A stretch of DNA of 64,000 nucleotides from an uncultured Candidatus Rokubacteria bacterium (GTDB lineage Bacteria > Methylomirabilota > Methylomirabilia > Rokubacteriales > DASRDR01), in NCBI GenBank assembly GCA_963708025.1, contig CAVPSB010000032.1, positions 300,105 to 364,104 of the forward strand, read 5' to 3'. The notes under the pieces were generated by a model. It ran no database searches, was not told the DNA's origin, and saw only the letters and a list, made by a program, of their open reading frames with translations. The translations under genes and the position numbers were made by a program. The stretch's first letter is position 1. Each line of letters starts with the position of its first letter. Of the stretch, positions 9,492 through 18,390 are shown one piece after another.

Positions 9492-10601
9492 ATGCGGTCG
9501 GTCGTCCTCCATCGGGTCACGAAGCGATACGGCCGGACGGAGGCGGTGAGGAATCTCGATCTCACCTGCCCGGCCGGTGAGGTGACGGTGCTCCTCGGGC
9601 ACTCGGGCGCGGGCAAGACCTCGATCCTCCGGGTGGTCGCCGGGCTCGAGACCGTCGAGGTGGGCGAGGTCGTGATCGGGGGCGCGGTCGTCAACGAGCT
9701 GGCGCCGCGCGATCGCCACGTCTCGATGGCCTTCGAGAGCTATGCCCTGCATCCCGAGCTCACCGTGTTCGAGAACATCGCCTTCTCGCTCAGAATCGCG
9801 CGGGCCGGAGGGCGGCCGGGGCCGGGCGAGCTCGATCGCCGGGTGCGGGAGGTCGCCGAGCTCCTCGAGATCACGCCGCTGCTCACCCGCCGCCCGCGCG
9901 AGCTCTCCGGCGGACAGCGCCAGCGGGTCGCGCTCGGCCGAGCCCTCGTCCGGGAAGCCGGCGCGCACCTGCTCGACGAGCCCATCGCGCATCTCGACGC
10001 AAAGCTCCGGTACCAGCTCCTGGCGACGCTGAAGCACTTCCAGAAGTCACGAGGGATGACGACCCTGTGGACCACGCCCGATCAGCTCGAGGCGATGGCG
10101 GTGGCTGACCGCCTGGCCGTCCTCCGCGACGGCTCCCTCGAGCAGATCGGCCCGCCCGAGGAGATCTATCGTCGCCCGCGCACCCAGTTCGTCGCTGCCC
10201 TGCTGGGTGACCCTTCGATGAACTTCGTCGCCGCGCGGGTCCGACCCGGCGGCGGCGGCTTCACCCTCGAGGCGGGCGGCGTCGGGCTGCCGGTTGCCGC
10301 CGGGCTCGAAGGTGTCCTGGCCCGCCTCGGCGGCGAGGGGGCGGTCCGTCTCGGCGTCCGCCCGAGCGACATCGACCTGAGGCCGGCGCAGATGGGCAGC
10401 GCCGGGCTAGCCGCCGAGGTGCTGCTCTACGAGCCGTTCGGACGGTACGGCGTGACCACGGTGCGCGCGTTCGGTGCCGACTTGAAGGTGAAGACACCGG
10501 GTGCGGCGGAGTACCTGCCGGGGACGGGGGTGTCGCTGGTCCTCGATCCTGCGCGGTACTGCTTCTTCCATCCCGAGACGGGCGAGGCGCTCGGGCCCTG
10601 A
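9492..10601 (+). CDS. Second MalK-type ABC ATP-binding protein
   Basis: GHSGAGKT, LSGGQRQR, LLDEP; switch His replaced (TTPDQ). Confidence 0.92.
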   Translation: MRSVVLHRVTKRYGRTEAVRNLDLTCPAGEVTVLLGHSGAGKTSILRVVAGLETVEVGEVVIGGAVVNELAPRDRHVSMAFESYALHPELTVFENIAFSLRIARAGGRPGPGELDRRVREVAELLEITPLLTRRPRELSGGQRQRVALGRALVREAGAHLLDEPIAHLDAKLRYQLLATLKHFQKSRGMTTLWTTPDQLEAMAVADRLAVLRDGSLEQIGPPEEIYRRPRTQFVAALLGDPSMNFVAARVRPGGGGFTLEAGGVGLPVAAGLEGVLARLGGEGAVRLGVRPSDIDLRPAQMGSAGLAAEVLLYEPFGRYGVTTVRAFGADLKVKTPGAAEYLPGTGVSLVLDPARYCFFHPETGEALGP

Positions 10602-10645
10602 GCGCCCCGCCCAGAACAGTCCTGACCCGGACAAGGAGGACGGAC

Positions 10646-12088
10646 ATGTACCGTATGAGACGGTTGGCGGAATCCGTGCGCCGCGGGTGGCTCGGCAGCC
10701 TGGCGCTCGCGACGCTCGTGCTCCTCGGGGCCCGACCCGCCGGGAGCTGGACGCTGGAGGAGGCGGCCCGGCCCTACAAGGGCACGACCGTCCGGGTCGG
10801 GGTCGCGGTCGTTCCCGTGATGGATGGGCTCCTGGCGCTGGTCGAGAAGGAGTTCGTGGCGCGGACCGGGATCGACGTCAAGATCGAGAAGTTCACGCAT
10901 GACCAGTGGGATCCGAAGGGCGACGCGGACCTCTACTCGAAGACGGGCTACTTCGACATCCTCCAGATGCACTCGAACCGGTCGGAGGACTGGGCGACGA
11001 ACGGGCACGTCCGGCCGATCAACGAGTACATGGACAATGCGAAGCTGCGCGACCCCGCCCTGGACCCCGGGGACTTCTTCCAGCCCCTCTGGGACGACAT
11101 CTGCCTCTTCGAGGGCGGCAAGCGGATGTGCTTCCTGAACTACAACTTCCAGTTCATCTACTGGTTCCGCAAGGACCTGATCAACCACCCGGAAGAGCGT
11201 GCCAATTTCAAGAAGCGTTACGGCTATGACCTCGGTCCGGCCAAGACGTACACGCAGTACCGAGACATCGCCGAGTTCTTCACGCGCAAGAAAGGCGAGC
11301 GACTGGCCGGGAAGGCGCTCGACGACAACTTCTACGGCACCGGCCTCGTGGGCAAGCGCGAGCCCTCGTTCTCGTGGGAGTGGCACGTCGTCCTCTCCGG
11401 GTGGGGTGGGTCCCTTTTCGACAAGGAGGGTCGGCCGACCTACAACTCCAAGGAGAACATCGAGGCCACCAAGTGGTGGTTCGACCTCCGGAAGTTCGCG
11501 CCGCCCGGCGTGACCGAGGCAGGGTTCGTCGACCTCTTCGTGCTGATGACGAAGGGCAACGTGGCGCAGGCGTTCCAGTGGATCGACTTCGCCTTCGCCA
11601 TCGATGAGCCCAAGATCTCCAAGGCGGTCGGGGTCTACAGCTACGACGTCCTGCCCGTCCGCGAGAAGGGCATCACGCCGGGCGGGTGGGGGGAGCCCGA
11701 GCCCCTGGTCATCAGCAAGTACAGCAAGAACCCCGAAGCCGCCTACCTCCTCATCCAGTGGATGTCCTCGAAGGACGTCCAGCGGAAGTGGATCGAGGGG
11801 CCGGGAAGCGGCCTGCCGCTCCGGAAGTCGTCGATGAACCTGCCGTTCGCCAAGAAACACCCGGCCTTCGCCCCCGCCGTCTCCTCCATGAAGCGGGGCT
11901 GGTTCGACCCCGGCTTCTCCAACTACATCCAGATCCGCGAGGAAGTGGCGATCCAGCTCACCCAGGCGGCGGCCGGCCAGCAGACCGTCGAGCAGGCGCT
12001 CGGCAAGGTCCAGGAGCTGGCGCTGAAGATCCACGCCACGGGCCCGATCAACCCTGGGCGGGCCCAGAAGAACCACTTCGCGAGGTAG
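10646..12088 (+). CDS. CUT1-family ABC extracellular solute-binding protein
   Basis: Signal peptide; SBP_bac_1-like motifs (YWFRKDL, SKNPEAAYLLIQW); ABC operon context. Confidence 0.88.
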   Translation: MYRMRRLAESVRRGWLGSLALATLVLLGARPAGSWTLEEAARPYKGTTVRVGVAVVPVMDGLLALVEKEFVARTGIDVKIEKFTHDQWDPKGDADLYSKTGYFDILQMHSNRSEDWATNGHVRPINEYMDNAKLRDPALDPGDFFQPLWDDICLFEGGKRMCFLNYNFQFIYWFRKDLINHPEERANFKKRYGYDLGPAKTYTQYRDIAEFFTRKKGERLAGKALDDNFYGTGLVGKREPSFSWEWHVVLSGWGGSLFDKEGRPTYNSKENIEATKWWFDLRKFAPPGVTEAGFVDLFVLMTKGNVAQAFQWIDFAFAIDEPKISKAVGVYSYDVLPVREKGITPGGWGEPEPLVISKYSKNPEAAYLLIQWMSSKDVQRKWIEGPGSGLPLRKSSMNLPFAKKHPAFAPAVSSMKRGWFDPGFSNYIQIREEVAIQLTQAAAGQQTVEQALGKVQELALKIHATGPINPGRAQKNHFAR

Positions 12089-12095
12089 GCCCGTC

Positions 12096-13046
12096 CTGAG
12101 CAAGGTCCACGCGCACGGCGAGAGGCGGGGTACCGGCCCCCCCGTCTCTCGCCCCTTCCTGACGCGCGCGCGCCGGGACGCCTACCCTTACCTCCTGCTG
12201 GCGCCGAGCCTGCTGGCCCTCGTCCTCGTCGGGATGTACCCGTTCCTCTACATGATCGTGCTGAGCTTCCGAAAGCTCGATTTCCGGCGTTCGAGCACGG
12301 CGGGCCCGTTCATCGGCTTCGACAACTACCGGGCGCTGTTCGGGGAGCCCGTCTTCTGGTCCTCGCTCGAGACCACGGCGCTCATCGTCCTCACCTCGGT
12401 CCCCCTCGAGCTGGCGCTGGGCTTCGCCGCCGCCTACCTCTTCAATCGGCAGTTCCCGCTCAAGCGTCTGGCGGTGACGGTGACCGTGATCCCGACCATC
12501 CTCGCCCCCGTCGCCATCGCCGTCATGTGGAAGATCATGCTGGCGACCCCGTGGGGATTCTTGACCTACAACGTCTTCTACAAGCTGGGGCTCTTCACCG
12601 ACACGTCGATCTTTGGAACAGCCGGATGGGCCCTGGTCGCCATCATCGGGATCGACGTCTGGCAGTGGACCCCGTTCATGTTCCTCGTCCTCCTGGCCGG
12701 GCTCGGCGCCCTGCCTCAGAAGCCCTACGAGGCGGCCGCGGTCGACGGCGCCTCGCCCTGGCAGGTGTTCTCGCGCATCACGCTCCCCATGCTGCGGCCG
12801 TTCCTCCTCGTGATGCTCTTCATCCGGCTCATCGACGCCTTCAAGATCTTCGACACCGTCTTCATCCTGACCAAGGGCGGACCGGGCGTGGCCACCGAGG
12901 TCCTCTCCGTGTTCGCCTACCGCTACAATTTCGAGTACTGGAAGCTCGGGGAGACGTCCGCCCTCGCCATCGTGATCTTCCTCATGTTCTTCGCCGTCTT
13001 CGGACTGCTGTTCGCGGTGCTCCAGAAGCGCTACCGGGTCTTCTAG
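12096..13046 (+). CDS. Carbohydrate ABC permease (MalF-like); frame open from CTG 12096, first ATG 12234
   Basis: PYLLLAP first TM upstream of the ATG; EAA loop YEAAAVDGAS; TKGGPG. Confidence 0.88.
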   Translation: MSKVHAHGERRGTGPPVSRPFLTRARRDAYPYLLLAPSLLALVLVGMYPFLYMIVLSFRKLDFRRSSTAGPFIGFDNYRALFGEPVFWSSLETTALIVLTSVPLELALGFAAAYLFNRQFPLKRLAVTVTVIPTILAPVAIAVMWKIMLATPWGFLTYNVFYKLGLFTDTSIFGTAGWALVAIIGIDVWQWTPFMFLVLLAGLGALPQKPYEAAAVDGASPWQVFSRITLPMLRPFLLVMLFIRLIDAFKIFDTVFILTKGGPGVATEVLSVFAYRYNFEYWKLGETSALAIVIFLMFFAVFGLLFAVLQKRYRVF

Positions 13047-13855
13047 TGCGGCGACTCGTTCTCGGCGTCCTCATCGTGTTCGTCGTCGCGACCTCGCTCT
13101 TCCCCTACCTCTGGATGCTCGTCTCGAGCGTCAAGCCCGAGAACATCATGTACGCCACGCCGCCGGTCTGGATCTTCCGCCCGACCGCCGATCACTACTG
13201 GAACGCCTTCGTGACCAAGGGGTTCTGGCGGAACTTCCTGAACTCGGCGATCGTCTCGGTCTCGACGACGGCGCTCGTCGTGCTCGTCGGGACCCCGGCC
13301 GCCTACAGCTTCGCCCGCTTCCGGATCCGTCGCAGCGACGACCTCTTCATGTACATCCTCTCCACCCGGATGGCCCCCTCGATCTCGCTCGCCATCCCGT
13401 TCTACCTGATGTTCGCGAGCCTCGACCTCCTCAATACCTACACGGGGCTCGTCTTCGCCCATCTGACCTTCAACCTGTCTTTCTACATCTGGGTCCTGCG
13501 CGGGTTCTTCCGGGACGTCCCCGTCGAGCTGGAGGAGAGCTCGATGGTCAACGGCTACACCCGCTGGCAGGCATTCACGCGGGTGACGCTGCCGCTGGCG
13601 CGCTCCGGGATCATCGCCGCCGCGATCTTCTGCTTCATCTTCTCGTGGAACGAGTTCCTCTTCGCCCTCATCCTGGGCGCCGGGGACGTACGGACGCTGC
13701 CGATCGTCATCCCCTCGCTCATGAACCAGCGCGGGGTGGAGTGGGGCGAGATCGCCGCCATCGCCAGCGTCGTGATCCTGCCGATCCTGCTCCTCGTCTT
13801 CGCCGTCCAGAAGCACATCGTGCGGGGCCTCACGATGGGCGCCGTGAAGGGATAG
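13046..13855 (+). CDS. Carbohydrate ABC permease (MalG-like)
   Basis: GTG overlapping the upstream TAG; ELEESSMVNG EAA loop, FIFSWNEF, GLTMGAVKG. Confidence 0.9.
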   Translation: MRRLVLGVLIVFVVATSLFPYLWMLVSSVKPENIMYATPPVWIFRPTADHYWNAFVTKGFWRNFLNSAIVSVSTTALVVLVGTPAAYSFARFRIRRSDDLFMYILSTRMAPSISLAIPFYLMFASLDLLNTYTGLVFAHLTFNLSFYIWVLRGFFRDVPVELEESSMVNGYTRWQAFTRVTLPLARSGIIAAAIFCFIFSWNEFLFALILGAGDVRTLPIVIPSLMNQRGVEWGEIAAIASVVILPILLLVFAVQKHIVRGLTMGAVKG

Positions 13856-13864
13856 GAGACACCG

Positions 13865-14806
13865 ATGGGTGCTCACCACGAGCTCCACGCCTCGTCGAAG
13901 ACGGTCCATTGGGGGTTCTTCGACGCCCGGCTGCCACCCGTGCTGCGGGTCGCGTCGGGCGACCGCGTCACCTTCCACTGCCTGACCGCCGAGCCGGAGG
14001 ACCTCCCGCCCGACCCCTCCTGGGTGCTCCCCGAGCTGCGCGAGGTGCACGCCGGGTGCGAGCGCGGGCCCGGGCCGCACTTCATGACGGGGCCGGTGTG
14101 GGTGGAGGGGGCGGAGCCGGGTGACGCCCTCGAGGTGCGGATCCTCGACTGCTGGCTGCGGCAGGACTGGGGTTGGAACCTGATCGCCCCGCTTCTCGGC
14201 ACGCTGCCCGAAGACTTCCCGCGGCTCCGGCGCCTGCACCTGACGATCGACCGGGAGGCCATGGAGGCCCGGCTGCCGTGGGGGATGCGGGTGCCCCTCC
14301 GGCCGTTCTTCGGCGTCATCGGCGTGGCGCCGCCGCCGGCGTACGGGCGGATCACGTCGGTCGTCCCCCGCGAGCACGGCGGCAACCTCGACAACAAGGA
14401 GCTCGTCCCCGGCGCCACGCTCTACCTTCCGGTGTGGAATCGCGGCGCCCTGCTCTCGGTCGGCGACGGCCACGCCGTCCAGGGCGACGGCGAGGTGTGT
14501 CTCACGGCGGTCGAGGCGACCGTGTCGGGGACCTTCGAACTGGTCGTCCGGAAGGACCTCCGCCTCGCCTTCCCGCGGGCGGAGACCCCGACGCACTGGA
14601 TCACGATGGGGCTCGACCCGGACCTCGACGACGCGGCCAAGCAGGCGTTGCGCGAGATGATCGCGCTCCTGGGAGACCTCGTCGGCCTCGCGCCCGAGGA
14701 CGCCTACACCCTCTGCAGCCTCGCCGCCGACCTCCGCGTCACCCAGCTCGTCGACGGCAACAAGGGCATCCACGCCATGCTGCCGAAGTCCGTGCTGGCG
14801 AGGTGA
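13865..14806 (+). CDS. Acetamidase/formamidase family protein
   Basis: GPH.MTGPV.VEGAEPGD, GGNLD, SVGDGHAVQGDGEV motifs. Confidence 0.92.
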   Translation: MGAHHELHASSKTVHWGFFDARLPPVLRVASGDRVTFHCLTAEPEDLPPDPSWVLPELREVHAGCERGPGPHFMTGPVWVEGAEPGDALEVRILDCWLRQDWGWNLIAPLLGTLPEDFPRLRRLHLTIDREAMEARLPWGMRVPLRPFFGVIGVAPPPAYGRITSVVPREHGGNLDNKELVPGATLYLPVWNRGALLSVGDGHAVQGDGEVCLTAVEATVSGTFELVVRKDLRLAFPRAETPTHWITMGLDPDLDDAAKQALREMIALLGDLVGLAPEDAYTLCSLAADLRVTQLVDGNKGIHAMLPKSVLAR

Positions 14807-14843
14807 TCGGCGCGCGTACGTCCGTCGGCGGCGGATGGCCCGA

Positions 14844-15260
14844 TCACCGCCCGGGCTCGACCGGGAGCCCGCGCTTGACCCACTCGGCGAAGCCGCCCTC
14901 CAGGATCTCGACGTTGTCGTGCCCGCGCTTCTGGAGGAGCCGCTGCGCCTCGACCATCTCGACGAGGATGTCGGCGTATAGCACGACACGCCCGGCCCGC
15001 GGGATCTCGCCGGCCCGCCGGGCGAGATCGCCGAGCGGTACCGAGCGCGCGCCAGGCAGGCAGCCCTTCCGATAAGCCTCGGCCGGGCGAACGTTCGACC
15101 AGGGCGACGACCTCGCGCTGGTCGAGGAGGCGCTTGAGGAGCCGCGGCGAGACCTGGGGGACATCGAGGCCGAACCCGTGGCCGGCGGGGACGGCGGTGG
15201 GCGCGGCGGCGACCAGGACGAGCGCGAGGGCAAACCTCAGGCCGACGACGACACCCCGCA
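14844..15260 (-). CDS. Exported rhodanese-like protein, apparent 1-nt frameshift near 15090; start approximate
   Basis: Signal peptide + PQVSPRLLKRLLD in one frame, then (D)VRP.EAY..G.LPGARSVP...LEGGFAEW in another; no catalytic Cys. Confidence 0.65.
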
Positions 15261-15296
15261 GGCTTCGGGTCCCGCCGGATGCCGGACGGCGGGCGC

Positions 15297-16745
15297 CTAC
15301 GCCTGGCTCACGATCGGGGGCCAGCGGTCCTTCCACGGACTGGCGGCCTCGAACGCGGCGGACGCCGCGAGCACGAGCGGGTCGTCGAGGTGCCGGCCGA
15401 CGATCTGCATGCCCACGGGCAGGCCATCGTCCGTCCAGCCGGCGGGGACCGTCGCGGCGGGCTGCCCCGTCATGTTGATCGGGAACGTGAAGGACAGCCA
15501 GTGATTCGGGCTGACCTTCCGCCCCGCGATCTCCTCCGGCCCCTGGATGCCGACCGGGAAAGGCGGGACGCCGAGCGTGGGGGTGAGCAGGAGGTCGTAT
15601 CGGCGCATGAACTTCCACATCGTGTTGTAGAGCCCCTTCCGACCGACGACGGCGTCGGTCAGCTCCTCGGCCGTCCATGGCAGGCGCAGGAACTCGACGA
15701 GGTGAGGCGACATCCGCTCGCCGAGGCGGTCCGCCAGCGCGCGCATGCCGCGCAGATCCGTGTCGAGCGCCACCAGGCCCCAGAAGATGGGCTCGGGGTC
15801 GGTCCAGCCCGGATGCGCCTCCTCGACGACGCAGCCGAGATCACGCTCGAAGACCCGGACCGCCTGCCCGACGATCTCGCGGACGCGGCGGTCCACCGCC
15901 GCGTAGCCCCAGTCCGCGCTGTAGGCGACCCGGAGCCCTCGCACGTCCCGCCGGAGCGCCTCCCGCCAGTCGAAGTTCGGCCAGGGCCGGCTGTGCCGAT
16001 CGCGGGGGTCGGGACCGGCGATCACCGAGAGCACCAGCGCCGCGTCGGCCACGGTGCGGCTGATGGGACCGATGTGCTCCAGGGACTCCCAGCTCGAGAC
16101 GCCGGGATAGCGCTCGTCGCGGCATCCGGGGTAGAGCGGGACGCGACCCATCGAGGCCTTGATGCCGTAGAGGCCGCAGAAGCTCGACGGGATGCGGATG
16201 GAGCCGCCACCATCGCTGGCGATGGCCACCGGTCCCATTCCGGTAGCGACCGCCACCGCCGAGCCGCCGCTCGAGCCGCCGCAGTTCAGCGTCGTGTTCC
16301 AGGGGTTGCGGCTCGTCTCGAACACGGGGTTGATGGTCGTCCCGCTATAGCCGAACTCGGGCACGTTGGTCTTCCCCAGCCCGATCGCCCCCGCCGCCCG
16401 CAGCCGCTCCACCACGACGTCGTCCTCGTCGGGGACGAAGTCGGCGTAGGCGAGCGACCCCGAGACGGTCCGGACGCCGCGGGTGAGGACGAGATCCTTG
16501 ATCCCCAGGGGCACACCCGCCATCGGCCCCACGTCCTTCCCGGCCATGATGTCGCGCTCGAGGCGCCGGGCGTCGGCCCGCGCCACGCCCGGGGTCGGGG
16601 TGCAGAAGGCGTGGAGCCGCGGCTCGAGCGTCTGCATGCGATCGAGCACTGCCTCCACCACTTCCACCGGCGAGAGCTTCCGGGCGCGGACGAGTCCGGC
16701 GAGGGCGACGGCGTCGAGCCGGCAGATCTCGTCGTTGTTCGGCAT
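15297..16745 (-). CDS. Amidase (amidase-signature family)
   Basis: [30 protein letters not shown] (Ser-cisSer-Lys triad). Confidence 0.95.
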   Translation of the reverse strand: MPNNDEICRLDAVALAGLVRARKLSPVEVVEAVLDRMQTLEPRLHAFCTPTPGVARADARRLERDIMAGKDVGPMAGVPLGIKDLVLTRGVRTVSGSLAYADFVPDEDDVVVERLRAAGAIGLGKTNVPEFGYSGTTINPVFETSRNPWNTTLNCGGSSGGSAVAVATGMGPVAIASDGGGSIRIPSSFCGLYGIKASMGRVPLYPGCRDERYPGVSSWESLEHIGPISRTVADAALVLSVIAGPDPRDRHSRPWPNFDWREALRRDVRGLRVAYSADWGYAAVDRRVREIVGQAVRVFERDLGCVVEEAHPGWTDPEPIFWGLVALDTDLRGMRALADRLGERMSPHLVEFLRLPWTAEELTDAVVGRKGLYNTMWKFMRRYDLLLTPTLGVPPFPVGIQGPEEIAGRKVSPNHWLSFTFPINMTGQPAATVPAGWTDDGLPVGMQIVGRHLDDPLVLAASAAFEAASPWKDRWPPIVSQA

Positions 16746-16792
16746 GGCGGCCTCCCAGCCGGTGGGCGCCGGCGCCCGACACCCCCCCAGTT

Positions 16793-16958
16793 CGGGACCT
16801 CCCGCCCACCCCCAGCCCCCCTCCCGATTGACCGGATCGATCGGACGGCCTTCGGCCTGGGGGGACGGCTCGGGCCTACGGCCCTCGCGACGTCCCGTCC
16901 CTCCGGCGGGCACTGGGGGGAGGGGGGGGGCCGGACGGCTCCATTCCTTCACACGCTC
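16793..16958. repeat. Palindromic intergenic element, family C copy 1 (carries an internal family-A module)
   Basis: Ends (cgggacctc.cgcccaccccc ... attccttcacacgctc) shared with 30318-30408; 16837-16862 is the exact reverse complement of 812-837. Confidence 0.7.
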
Positions 16959-16999
16959 GCGTGACACCAGGTTCGAGCATGGTCGCCAGAGGCCGCGGG

Positions 17000-17503
17000 T
17001 CAGGCGCGCAGGGCGCGCGCGGCCTCGGCGATCGCCTCCACGATGAAATGATACCCGGTGCAGCGGCAGAGGTTCCCCGCCAGCATCTCGCGGATCTCGG
17101 TCTCGGTCGGCGCGGGGTTCTCGCGCAGGAACGCGTGGGCTGTGAGCAGGATGCCGGGCGTGCAGTAGCCGCACTGGAGGCCGTGCTTTTTCCGGAAGGC
17201 TTCCTGGAGCGGGTGGAGCGGTTCGCCCTCGTCACCACCGGGACCGGCCGCCTCCGCCAGGCCGGCCAGACCTTCAATGGTCGTGACGCTCCGCCCCTCG
17301 ACCTGGACGGCCAGCAAGAGGCAGCTGCGCACGGGCTCGCCCTCCAGCAGCACGGTGCAGGCGCCGCACACGCCGTGCTCGCACCCGAGGTGCGTCCCGG
17401 TCAGATCGAGCTGCTCGCGCAGGAAGTCCGCCAGCGACGTCCGGGGCTCGGTCTCCCCGGTGCGCGGCCGCCCGTTCACGGTCACGCGGATCGCGCGCTT
17501 CAC
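17000..17503 (-). CDS. coxS: (2Fe-2S) small subunit, CoxS/xanthine dehydrogenase family
   Basis: [28 protein letters not shown]. Confidence 0.93.
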   Translation of the reverse strand: MKRAIRVTVNGRPRTGETEPRTSLADFLREQLDLTGTHLGCEHGVCGACTVLLEGEPVRSCLLLAVQVEGRSVTTIEGLAGLAEAAGPGGDEGEPLHPLQEAFRKKHGLQCGYCTPGILLTAHAFLRENPAPTETEIREMLAGNLCRCTGYHFIVEAIAEAARALRA

Positions 17504-18390
17504 CGCGGCCGCTCCCCGTCCGTCCCGCGTCGCCCCGCGCGCCCGGTGGCGGCGAGGAGGGTGCGCTCCGCCAGCACCGCCGCGACCCGGCGGCGGTACT
17601 CCGGCGTGGCGTGGAGGTCACCGTCCGGTGACAGCGCCGCGGCCGTCGCCCGGGCCGCCTCCCGGATCCGCGCCGCGGTGGGCTCGCGACCGGTCAGTAG
17701 CGCCTCGGCCGCCCCGCCGCGCACCGGGATCCCGCCCACGCCGAAGAGCGCGAGGCGTGCGCCGGCGAGGACGCCGTCGTCTCCGCGCCAGACGACGGCC
17801 ACCGCGCCGACCAGGGCGAAGTCGCCGTGGCGGCGCGCCACCTCGGCGAAGCCCCACCCGGCGCCGGCCGGCGGCAGGTCGAAGCGCACCTCGGTGATCA
17901 GCTCGTCGGCCGCGAGCGCCGTGGTGAGCGGCCCCCGGAAGAAATCGCCGGCCGGGATCACCCGCTCCCCCGCCGGGCCGCGCGCCACCACCGAGCCCTC
18001 GCTGCAGAGCAGCAGCGCCGGCAGCTCCGCGGCGGGGTCGGCGTGCGCGACGCTCCCCGCCACGGTCCCGCGGTTCCGGATGGCGACGTGGCTCACCGAG
18101 CGCATGATCTCGGCGACCAGCGGGGCACGCCCGGCGGCCCAGCGCTCGAGCGCCCGCTGGCGGCAGAGCGCGCCGAGGGCGAGCACGCCGTCGGCCTCGC
18201 GCAGCCAGTCCAGCCCGGCCACGCCGTTGATGTCCACGACGACGGCGGGCCGGGCCAGGCGGAGGTTCAGCAGCGGCACCAGGCTCTGGCCGCCGGCCAG
18301 GACCTTCGCCGCCTCCTGGTGCCGGGCCAGCACCTCCACCGTCTCCGCCACGGTCGCCGGCGCCACGTAGTCGAACGGGGCCGGCTTCAC
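17500..18390 (-). CDS. coxM: FAD-binding medium subunit, CoxM family
   Basis: MKPAPFDY, LAGGQSL, IRNRGTVAGS.AHADPAAE, RRHGDFA. Confidence 0.92.
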   Translation of the reverse strand: MKPAPFDYVAPATVAETVEVLARHQEAAKVLAGGQSLVPLLNLRLARPAVVVDINGVAGLDWLREADGVLALGALCRQRALERWAAGRAPLVAEIMRSVSHVAIRNRGTVAGSVAHADPAAELPALLLCSEGSVVARGPAGERVIPAGDFFRGPLTTALAADELITEVRFDLPPAGAGWGFAEVARRHGDFALVGAVAVVWRGDDGVLAGARLALFGVGGIPVRGGAAEALLTGREPTAARIREAARATAAALSPDGDLHATPEYRRRVAAVLAERTLLAATGRAGRRGTDGERPR

